DNA of 64,000 nucleotides from a virus: IMG/VR virus record IMGVR_UViG_3300012920_000028, positions 8,805 to 72,804 of that record; one strand, 5' to 3'. Shown piece by piece: positions 57,019 to 64,000 of this stretch (position 1 is its first letter; each line of letters starts with the position of its first letter). The notes under the pieces were generated by a model. It saw only the letters and a program-made list of their open reading frames with translations, ran no database searches and was not told where the DNA came from. The position numbers and the translations under genes were made by a program.

Positions 57019-57743
57019 GCATAGTAAATGATTGGACCGTAATTCCTGATGTAAGCCGAGTATCGGATGTCGGTCGCGGAGTGGTGGAAAGGGAGCACTT
57101 CGACGTTGTAGGTGATGCTGAAGATGTCGCCGTCGTATTCACGAGGCACGATGTTAAACACCCCCGTTTCTCCCGGGCGGAGTTTGAACTCACGGTAAAA
57201 ATCATGGCGTTCGATGCCGGGGAGAGGGTACTCCTCGCCCTCATGAACTACGGTTTCAACCACAGACATCGCCAGTTGCGCGGTGACTCTCACCTGACTT
57301 CCAACCTTGTTGACCTGTTTCTCCCGGGCCGTGAAGCCAAGTTGAACAACGTTGTCGATTCCCTTTAACGTGCTGAACGGGTCGCCCTGCCGATATGAAG
57401 GGCCGTAGTTCTTGAAGTTCGATTCATAGGGACGAGGGGGCGGAATCGGGATGGGTTCATGCACAAGTTCGGTCGTTGGATTCCCGGCGGAATCATACCC
57501 GGTGGAAACGTAGTAGGACAATCTCAGGTCCCAGATGCTCGGAACGCTGTTGAGGTCAGGCCAAACGCCCAAGTCGTTCTTTTCCCGGTAGGCGATGTCA
57601 TCCGGGTGGTGGGTCGAGGGGTGAGCGAGAACCTTACGGGAAGACGATAATGCCTTACGACCTGACAGCAATGCCAAGGCCAAGGGGATGCCTGCGGCAA
57701 CCAGCAGCCAATCATCGTCATTCTTCGGGAACGCCATATTCAT
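57015..57743 (-). CDS. Membrane-anchored protein
   Basis: WLLVAAGIPLALALL near the N-terminus. TGATG coupling. Confidence 0.65.
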   Translation of the reverse strand: MNMAFPKNDDDWLLVAAGIPLALALLSGRKALSSSRKVLAHPSTHHPDDIAYREKNDLGVWPDLNSVPSIWDLRLSYYVSTGYDSAGNPTTELVHEPIPIPPPRPYESNFKNYGPSYRQGDPFSTLKGIDNVVQLGFTAREKQVNKVGSQVRVTAQLAMSVVETVVHEGEEYPLPGIERHDFYREFKLRPGETGVFNIVPREYDGDIFSITYNVEVLPFHHSATDIRYSAYIRNYGPIIYYA

Positions 57744-58096
57744 CACGGCCTGTAGACGTATTTCCACTTCGGAAGGAGACCCTCGCCGGGGCTGACCTCC
57801 TTCTTCAGCAGGTCCGTCTTGCGTTCCACGAGGTCTACACCTGACTTAAGGAGAACGGCAAAACCGAGAAGCGCCGACAACGTGTTCACGTCCTTCCACG
57901 TTGAGGTCTTGAGGCCAAAGCGCGAGAACTTGACGAGTTCCTTCGACTTCCCGAAACCGAAGACTCCGTTCTTTCCGACCCCTTCAAGCGCACCACGGCC
58001 ACTCACGGCCACGACGAAAGCAAGGGAGGCGAGTTCGATGCGGTCCCACGTCTTGACGCTCAAGCCGAGCAACTTCTCACGCTTCTCCGCCGACAT
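57743..58096 (-). CDS. Membrane protein with internal duplication
   Basis: LGLSVKTW / FGLKTSTW each precede a hydrophobic helix. GAGGTGA RBS. Confidence 0.65.
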   Translation of the reverse strand: MSAEKREKLLGLSVKTWDRIELASLAFVVAVSGRGALEGVGKNGVFGFGKSKELVKFSRFGLKTSTWKDVNTLSALLGFAVLLKSGVDLVERKTDLLKKEVSPGEGLLPKWKYVYRP

Positions 58097-58105
58097 ATGT
58101 TCACC

Positions 58106-61100
58106 TCAGTAGTAAATCCACGAAACCCCATTCTTGTCGGTCTTGATTTTCCATGCTCCGTCCTTGATGACGAGCATCGGTTTCCCCTTGTCAGGAACGG
58201 TCATGTACAGTTTGGGCTCCTCAAAGGTGCGGCCGGTTTCCTCGTCCACACCGAACTCGTGAATGTACTTTTGGTCGTCTCCGAAGCCTTCCTTCCCGTT
58301 CCGGTAGCCGATTGACCAGCAATCGCCAAGATAGACGAGCATGCCGCCGAAATCCACCTTCTCAGTTCGAACCTCCTTCGGGTCCTTGCCGTTGAAGTCC
58401 TTGTAGGCCTTCTTTGCCTTGTCCATCTTCTTCTGGCTCGGCGGGTTCTTCTTCGCCCTTGGGTTCCTCTTTTTCCCCTCGTCCCTCATCTTTCCGATGA
58501 ATTCCCTTGGGTAAAGGAAAGTGAAACTGATGGAAGAGACGGGGTCCGGCAGGCCATCGGCCCCCCTCCCATCACCTTCGATTCGGATGTTCACCCAAGT
58601 CGACGGCGGGTACATCTCCGACATGCGCCTCATGATTTCTTGCCAGCGGAGGCCGGCCTTATTTAGACCAAAATCGAATACCTCCATGAACGCTTTAACC
58701 GCGGCGGGGTCTTCCAATAGGACCTCGAACTCTGCATCCTCTGTCCGCGCACGTCGAGCCTCAAACATCATTAGATGCATCAATTCTTCGTCGATGTATT
58801 CCTTGCAAGCCTCGGTGAGACGCTGGTCAAAAATCTCTCTGAGGGCACGCATTTGCTTGGGGACTTCTACCTCTGCGTCAAAAGGCGCGTTCTTCTTCGG
58901 CCTTGGGTTCGCGTAATTGACTGACAGTTCATAGCCGTCTCCAGCGGGCTCAAGAACCACGGATGCGACGTTGGAGTATCGTTCCCCCCTGTATTCGACC
59001 CATTCAGCAGGGCCACCTCGATAGTAGAAGGTGAAGACGCCTTGGCCGGTACGAATCATGTTGACCTTCCGCCCGGCAATCCTCAAATTGTTCTGCCTTT
59101 CATCTTGCCCGAACTTGGTCCCCCTCGAATCGGTGAAGAGGTTGCTCTCTTTCCTCCTTCGGAAAAATGGCGCGTTCTTCATCGGTTGGTTCTTTCGCTG
59201 CCAATCGTGAGAGGTCTCATCAGAAACGATGGGTCCACCGGCTGCCCATGTGTAGCAAGTGCGGGCCGAATGGCATTTGAAATGGTGCATCCAGCAGTAG
59301 CCCAACTCCCCCTCATCGTCTGAGGTCTTTCCGGGCATACAGTCCTTCATGCGAGGAGAAATGTCGAAAGCGACGCAGATGCTACAATTGGATTTCTTGG
59401 CGACTTCCGGGGTGGTGCCCCACTTCTCAGAGTAGCGCAACCAGTAGGCGGCGTCGCTGAGATTCAGGGGGCCGTATTGGATGTGTTCCGCATCAATCGC
59501 GGCGTCACGGTTCCGTGTGTTGACTTTGAGGTCTTGAGTTGCAAGCGGGCAAGACATCGCTGGGTTCCTTCTGGTACCCCACGTCTTCGTCACGGAGTCC
59601 ACACCGCGCTTCCCGTATTCCTTCTCAACGTAGGAGAGGGCCACCTTGACTCGCTGGTCGTTTCGGGGGAACTCCTCGTTCATCTTCTTGTTCGAAACGA
59701 GGCGCTGGAAGTAGTTCTTCGCAGACTCCTTTCGCTTCTTCCCCGTCTTCTTGTTGGTCTGCCGGCGAGGCTTGACGGGTGGGTTCACAAGTGAACGAGA
59801 CTTCAGCCGCTCGTTTATCAGATTCATCGCCTCCACCGTGGGTTCTCCCGAGTAGCCACGAAGCAGTGGAACTCTGTCGTACCCGTCACTCGTGGAAAAC
59901 CACGCATCCTTTTCAGGATGGTAGTATAAATCGCCCAAGTCGTCGTAGGTCATGAGGTGCGGGTTATCCCAGTACTCCCACTCCGACATCCCTCGGAAGT
60001 AGTCTTCCTTGTTCTCCTCTTGGACGTCGTCCATAACGACGTCCCAATCTTGTTCTTCTTCATCGAGAGTCAATTCCACGACACGGTCTGCTTCGAGAGG
60101 ACTCTCGAAAGCCGTAATTTCCACCATGTCGTTTTCGAGGGCTGCGACCATAGAGTGAGCAGCAGGGACGGTCCCTTCGACTTGAGCCGGGATGGACAAG
60201 TCAACTGAAACGGGGCCTTCGGGGGTGTCCATGGAAACGATGATTTCGTCCACCACTTGTCGCAATTGGGTCATTTCGCCTTTCAGTTCTTCGGTTTGAG
60301 CACTCATTTCCTGACGACGAATCTTGATGTCGCGCCTCCTTTGAATCGCCTCGAGGACCTTATTTCCGACCCATCCAGCAACACCAGTAAGCGAAACACC
60401 CGCAATAACCGACATTGGGTCAACCGGTCTGTTCGCCCGCAGGTATTCGGGGCGTGTGGATTGGCTCAATTTCATGGCCTTCTGCAACTTGCTGATGTCC
60501 GTCAGGTTCTCCTCATGGGACACCGCAAGTTCACCCTTGTGGAGTTGGAGGTCAACTGTGCTCTTCCCTTCGAATTGTGCCTTCTCGATTTCCATATCAA
60601 GTTCTTCGAGGCGCGCGAGAATCTCTTCGTTCTCCTTCTTCAGTTGCTCAATTTTGGAACCCGCGGCTTCTTCACTTTCGATGCGCCTGCGGGTGGAATC
60701 AAGGGTGGAGTTCGGCAGCGGGCCGTAGGTGATACAGGGGTCCTGACCACAACCGCAGTTCTTCTTCCCGGTTGGGTTCGTCAAGGTGTAGGAACCGGGC
60801 GTTGGCTCAGGGCGGAGTCCTGAGAGAGTGTAAGAACCGGGCGTTGGCTCAGGGCGGAGTCCTGAGAGAGTGTAAGGGCCGGGAGAAGCAGGGGGGGCGA
60901 GGTAGGGGTTTGCAGGGGCACCGATGTAATCCTCGACCGAAGAATAGGCTGCAGGGACCATCATCTTCCGAGCGTCACGGAAGCCCGGACCGAAGTAGTG
61001 CGTAATCGTGTAGGTGCTGCTGTAGCGGTTGAGGGCCGCTTTGTCGCTACCCATGAAGACGAGAACGCCCGAGTCGTCGTGAGAGAGGGGAAGGGCGAGA

Positions 61101-61468
61101 GAGCGAAGCATGTCCGTGACCTTGCTCTTGTCGCTCTCGGGGAAATCCGAAACAAAGGCGACGAGAGCACCTTGCCGCTGAGAAAGACGAGAAAGGAAGT
61201 CCTTCGCGTTTGGGCGGGCCTTGAACGTGTTCATGTAGTCGCGGAGGACCTTCTTGGCGGCCCTTCCCTTCTTCTTCTGACGCCGTGCGATGCGGTGCGC
61301 CGGAGACATGTCCACCACGGACTCAAGATTCACGACGATGAGTTTTTTCTCACCGTAAATGGGAGTGTTCTTCGGGGCGGGGTTAGTCCGGGGAAGGCTT
61401 GCGCCACATGTCGTGCAGCAAGCCGCTCCGAACACGGAACGAGTGTTGCAAGCCGGACATTCAGGCAT
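58106..61468 (-). CDS. Second modular polyprotein (Zn ribbon, degenerate HAD-like, coiled coils, Cys-rich and basic modules)
   Basis: GGAGGTG RBS before the ATG at 61468. Modules are separated by NP/NAP motifs. Confidence 0.8.
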   Translation of the reverse strand: MPECPACNTRSVFGAACCTTCGASLPRTNPAPKNTPIYGEKKLIVVNLESVVDMSPAHRIARRQKKKGRAAKKVLRDYMNTFKARPNAKDFLSRLSQRQGALVAFVSDFPESDKSKVTDMLRSLALPLSHDDSGVLVFMGSDKAALNRYSSTYTITHYFGPGFRDARKMMVPAAYSSVEDYIGAPANPYLAPPASPGPYTLSGLRPEPTPGSYTLSGLRPEPTPGSYTLTNPTGKKNCGCGQDPCITYGPLPNSTLDSTRRRIESEEAAGSKIEQLKKENEEILARLEELDMEIEKAQFEGKSTVDLQLHKGELAVSHEENLTDISKLQKAMKLSQSTRPEYLRANRPVDPMSVIAGVSLTGVAGWVGNKVLEAIQRRRDIKIRRQEMSAQTEELKGEMTQLRQVVDEIIVSMDTPEGPVSVDLSIPAQVEGTVPAAHSMVAALENDMVEITAFESPLEADRVVELTLDEEEQDWDVVMDDVQEENKEDYFRGMSEWEYWDNPHLMTYDDLGDLYYHPEKDAWFSTSDGYDRVPLLRGYSGEPTVEAMNLINERLKSRSLVNPPVKPRRQTNKKTGKKRKESAKNYFQRLVSNKKMNEEFPRNDQRVKVALSYVEKEYGKRGVDSVTKTWGTRRNPAMSCPLATQDLKVNTRNRDAAIDAEHIQYGPLNLSDAAYWLRYSEKWGTTPEVAKKSNCSICVAFDISPRMKDCMPGKTSDDEGELGYCWMHHFKCHSARTCYTWAAGGPIVSDETSHDWQRKNQPMKNAPFFRRRKESNLFTDSRGTKFGQDERQNNLRIAGRKVNMIRTGQGVFTFYYRGGPAEWVEYRGERYSNVASVVLEPAGDGYELSVNYANPRPKKNAPFDAEVEVPKQMRALREIFDQRLTEACKEYIDEELMHLMMFEARRARTEDAEFEVLLEDPAAVKAFMEVFDFGLNKAGLRWQEIMRRMSEMYPPSTWVNIRIEGDGRGADGLPDPVSSISFTFLYPREFIGKMRDEGKKRNPRAKKNPPSQKKMDKAKKAYKDFNGKDPKEVRTEKVDFGGMLVYLGDCWSIGYRNGKEGFGDDQKYIHEFGVDEETGRTFEEPKLYMTVPDKGKPMLVIKDGAWKIKTDKNGVSWIYY
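60786..60883. repeat. In-frame 42-bp tandem repeat, about 2.3 copies (YTLSGLRPEPTPGS)
   Basis: Units begin at 60786, 60828 and 60870. Confidence 0.9.
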
Positions 61469-63443
61469 ACCAGCGAACACCTCCGGGGTTAGGTCGCTGG
61501 TCCTCGAAGGGCCGTTCATCCGCGCGCGCGTAAAATCCGGGTACGCCTGCTGAGACGGCTTCAGCAAGGGCCTTGCTTGAGGCCGCGACCTGCTCGGTGA
61601 TGTTTGCCTCCTTTTCATCAACGAGCATTCCACTGTCCCGTGCTTCCTCGAAGTCACGAATGAAAGCGTCGATTTCCTCCTGTTCATACACCGCTGCCCA
61701 CGCTTCCACAGACATCTTGGAAGCCTCCTGCATGGTCTTCTTCACCTGCCGGATTTCGGCTTGGGTGCTTCGGCCTTTCTTCAAACCGTCAAGCATGGCT
61801 GTGACGGAATCGACGGGCAGTTTCTGCTTCCTTGCACGGTCATACATCTTCTGACTGATGACCCCGGTTTCCAGCATTGTCTTGAGCACTTGGTCGTTCA
61901 CGACCACGTAGCGGACCCACATGTGGTCTTCAGGAGTCAATGCGGCCGCAAGGTCATTCTCGTCCGGGTCTTGATTCTTCAAGAACTGCCTCTTTTGCTC
62001 CCATGCTTCCTTCCACACTGAATCAAAGAGGCCCTGCGTCTTGTTGCCTCCCTTTTCCATGAGGGCAGTCGGTATGTATTGAGTTGACTCCACTTCTTCG
62101 AGAGCCTCCTCGATAGCGTCAGCCGTTTCGTTGAGCATCTTCAGGCGGCGCTTTTCCCTCCGCCACTCCACGTAGTTGCGCCGAGCGGCGGCGGCGGCCT
62201 TCGCCGAAAAATCCGCGGCGAGGCTGATACCCGCTCCGAGGGCGGCAGAACCACCGGTGAAAGCGGTGGCGGCGCCGGCGGCACCAGCGGAAGCAGCAGC
62301 GACGGCTCCGGCCTTTGCGGCTGAAAGTGCCGCCTTGGTGCCCGGGACGACGTATTCGTCTCGGAGATACGCAGCCGATTCAGAAGTGAAAGCGATGACG
62401 TTATCCGACACTCGGCCAAGTTCGGTCATGCCGCGCTTCTTGTAGGAAGCGAGCATGCGCTTCGCCTGACGCATAGCGATGACTTCGATTTCAGCCTCGA
62501 CGTCCTTACGGAAATCACCCGTGACCATATCAGGAATCCACATGGTAGGAGAGCCGGCTTCCCACAGGTTGTCGTATGCTTGCATGGCGAATGAGCGGGC
62601 GAGTGCCTCAAAGTCCACCTTCGAGACGCTTTTCTCGGTGAGCCCTGTTTCGTCGAGTAGGTAAATCGCCTTGATTTGACGAGGGCTGATGAGGGTCATG
62701 CCGACGACAATCTCGTCCAAGTCTGTGATGACATCCTCGGGCACGGGCGTGCCGAGGTCAATGTCCACGTCACCACCGACGAGGTTCTTGTTGATTCGAG
62801 ATTGGAGCGCGATGAGATGCTCGTTGTAAGCCACGGCGTTCTGCAGGAGCGAGAACACGGCGCTATGCTTGTTTTCCGTCAATGGCTTGAACATCTTGGC
62901 GAGAACGCGGTTGAAACGAAGGAGTGCTTCGGCCTGCTTCTCGACCTTGCCCAAACTCTTGTTGTTCGGGAAGTTTGCCTTGAGCATCTTCATTTGCGCG
63001 TTGATGAACTCCTTCTCGGACTTGAAATCCACGATTTTCTGGACGAACATGTAGTATTCTGAGTAGTCACCGGTGTCCTTTCCGTAGAGAAATGCTCCGA
63101 CGCAATCCACGACGTCATCGCACAGTTCCTTCGCGATGCGGTCGAGTTCGTCCGCCGCGTCTGAAAGAACCGAGCCGTAGGGGTCGTCTTCGGGGGAAGC
63201 AGCGTCGGTGAACGCAGCGAGTTGCTGGGAGAGGGGGAGCGTGTCGCGGATTTGTTGCTCCGTGTTCGCGATGAGCGTATCGGAGACCTTCTGTCCGACT
63301 TTCCCCATCTGCTTGATGATTTCCTTTGCCTGCCTCTCGCTGATGCCTGCTTCGGAAGCCATTTGCTTCTCGAGGTTCTTTCGTGCGGCGCGAACCTCCT
63401 TGAGAAGTTCCTTCTTCTGCTTTGAAGAAAGACGGGAAGCCAC
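61461..63443 (-). CDS. Large helical protein with Ala/Gly-rich hydrophobic segment
   Basis: 660 aa. AAAS AGAAGAATAFTGGSAALGAG stretch. Ends RPNPGG. Confidence 0.75.
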   Translation of the reverse strand: MASRLSSKQKKELLKEVRAARKNLEKQMASEAGISERQAKEIIKQMGKVGQKVSDTLIANTEQQIRDTLPLSQQLAAFTDAASPEDDPYGSVLSDAADELDRIAKELCDDVVDCVGAFLYGKDTGDYSEYYMFVQKIVDFKSEKEFINAQMKMLKANFPNNKSLGKVEKQAEALLRFNRVLAKMFKPLTENKHSAVFSLLQNAVAYNEHLIALQSRINKNLVGGDVDIDLGTPVPEDVITDLDEIVVGMTLISPRQIKAIYLLDETGLTEKSVSKVDFEALARSFAMQAYDNLWEAGSPTMWIPDMVTGDFRKDVEAEIEVIAMRQAKRMLASYKKRGMTELGRVSDNVIAFTSESAAYLRDEYVVPGTKAALSAAKAGAVAAASAGAAGAATAFTGGSAALGAGISLAADFSAKAAAAARRNYVEWRREKRRLKMLNETADAIEEALEEVESTQYIPTALMEKGGNKTQGLFDSVWKEAWEQKRQFLKNQDPDENDLAAALTPEDHMWVRYVVVNDQVLKTMLETGVISQKMYDRARKQKLPVDSVTAMLDGLKKGRSTQAEIRQVKKTMQEASKMSVEAWAAVYEQEEIDAFIRDFEEARDSGMLVDEKEANITEQVAASSKALAEAVSAGVPGFYARADERPFEDQRPNPGGVRWYA

Positions 63444-63445
63444 GT

Positions 63446-64000
63446 TCAGGCCCCCCTCAAGTAGCGTTCAAGGCGAGCGAGGGCTGCGGCTTGGGCGGCC
63501 GCGTTCATTGGGGCGGGGGCGTTCCCGATTCGACGGACTTCCGCGATTGCCCGGTTCATGTTGTTCTCAGCGGTCTGATTCAAGGAATCAACGAGACGCT
63601 GGCCGACTCCGCCGGCGAAGCCGACACGTGTCCTCGAAAGATTCTGCATGGCGAGCACCACGACAACCGTGCCCAGTTGGATGTCGGCTTCCGCGGGCTC
63701 ATACCCGTAGGTTTCACGGGAGACGTGGATGGCGTCGACCACCACGTCCATGACGGTCAAGCCGCCTTGGCTGACGGACGCAGCAGCGATGCTCGGCGGG
63801 GCCTCGATGGAAAAGTGATTGAGAATGGCGAGAATAGCGGCCGTTTCCGTTGGGGTTGCGGCACCGCCCACGGGGACGTCACGAACACCGTTGAAGCCCG
63901 GAACACCGGCGCCGCCGGGTCCAACAGTCGGAGAAGCCAGAATCTTGAACGATTCATTGTTCACGAAGTTGCGGGCTTCCGCCTCGAAGTCTTGACCGGA
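63446..64000 (-). CDS. Hypothetical protein, 5' end outside the window
   Basis: The frame stays open to the window edge. Confidence 0.6.
   Translation of the reverse strand, partial: SGQDFEAEARNFVNNESFKILASPTVGPGGAGVPGFNGVRDVPVGGAATPTETAAILAILNHFSIEAPPSIAAASVSQGGLTVMDVVVDAIHVSRETYGYEPAEADIQLGTVVVVLAMQNLSRTRVGFAGGVGQRLVDSLNQTAENNMNRAIAEVRRIGNAPAPMNAAAQAAALARLERYLRGA

Noticed and set aside
61469-61687. Longer start for the 1193-aa ORF (likewise the track starts at 882, 1360, 8950, 44561, 44992 and 56615)
   Set aside because: These extensions overlap upstream genes. Downstream starts with RBS or stop/start coupling fit better.
1-64000. Cellular chromosome, head-tail virus, or tRNA/rRNA genes
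   Set aside because: No ribosomal or metabolic operons, rpo genes out of their cellular operon context, and no terminase, portal or tape measure recognised. No tRNA cloverleaf or rRNA was seen by eye; a tRNAscan run is still advisable.

Overview
The window reads as part of a large, GC-rich (roughly 55-60% by eye) dsDNA virus of an archaeon. The archaeal signals are GGAGGTG/GGTGA ribosome-binding sites, TATA-like boxes about 25 nt upstream of starts, a group II chaperonin and archaeal-type RNA polymerase subunits. A Thermoplasmatota/Poseidoniales-like host is a guess from the PolB and thermosome motif variants. From 0-11 kb there is a transcription/replication module: Rpo5, RNase HI, an unsplit Rpo1 largest RNAP subunit with intact NADFDGD, and PolB. 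From 11-20 kb an oppositely oriented accessory island (Zn-finger microproteins, two DNA methyltransferase paralogues, a GIY-YIG-like protein) lies between two serine-recombinase genes. From 20-64 kb a long, mostly minus-strand late region encodes membrane proteins, a small Ras/Arf-like GTPase cluster, the thermosome, candidate jelly-roll capsid proteins, an Arg-rich membrane-anchored core protein, an FtsK/HerA (A32/P9-like) packaging ATPase, three peptidases and several giant proteins. No terminase, portal or tail genes were recognised, so a tailless, internal-membrane virion is inferred. The most striking observation is that the giant late proteins are strings of unrelated domains (JAB, HD, guanylate kinase, two ART-like folds, DUF3140-like, macro-like and others) joined almost exactly at Asn-Pro (xxNP) motifs. 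DNA composition and microhomology suggest new modules are inserted at NP codons, and peptidase genes lie immediately downstream. This is a candidate NP-delimited polyprotein cargo and processing system. All family assignments are by eye from motifs; no searches were run.
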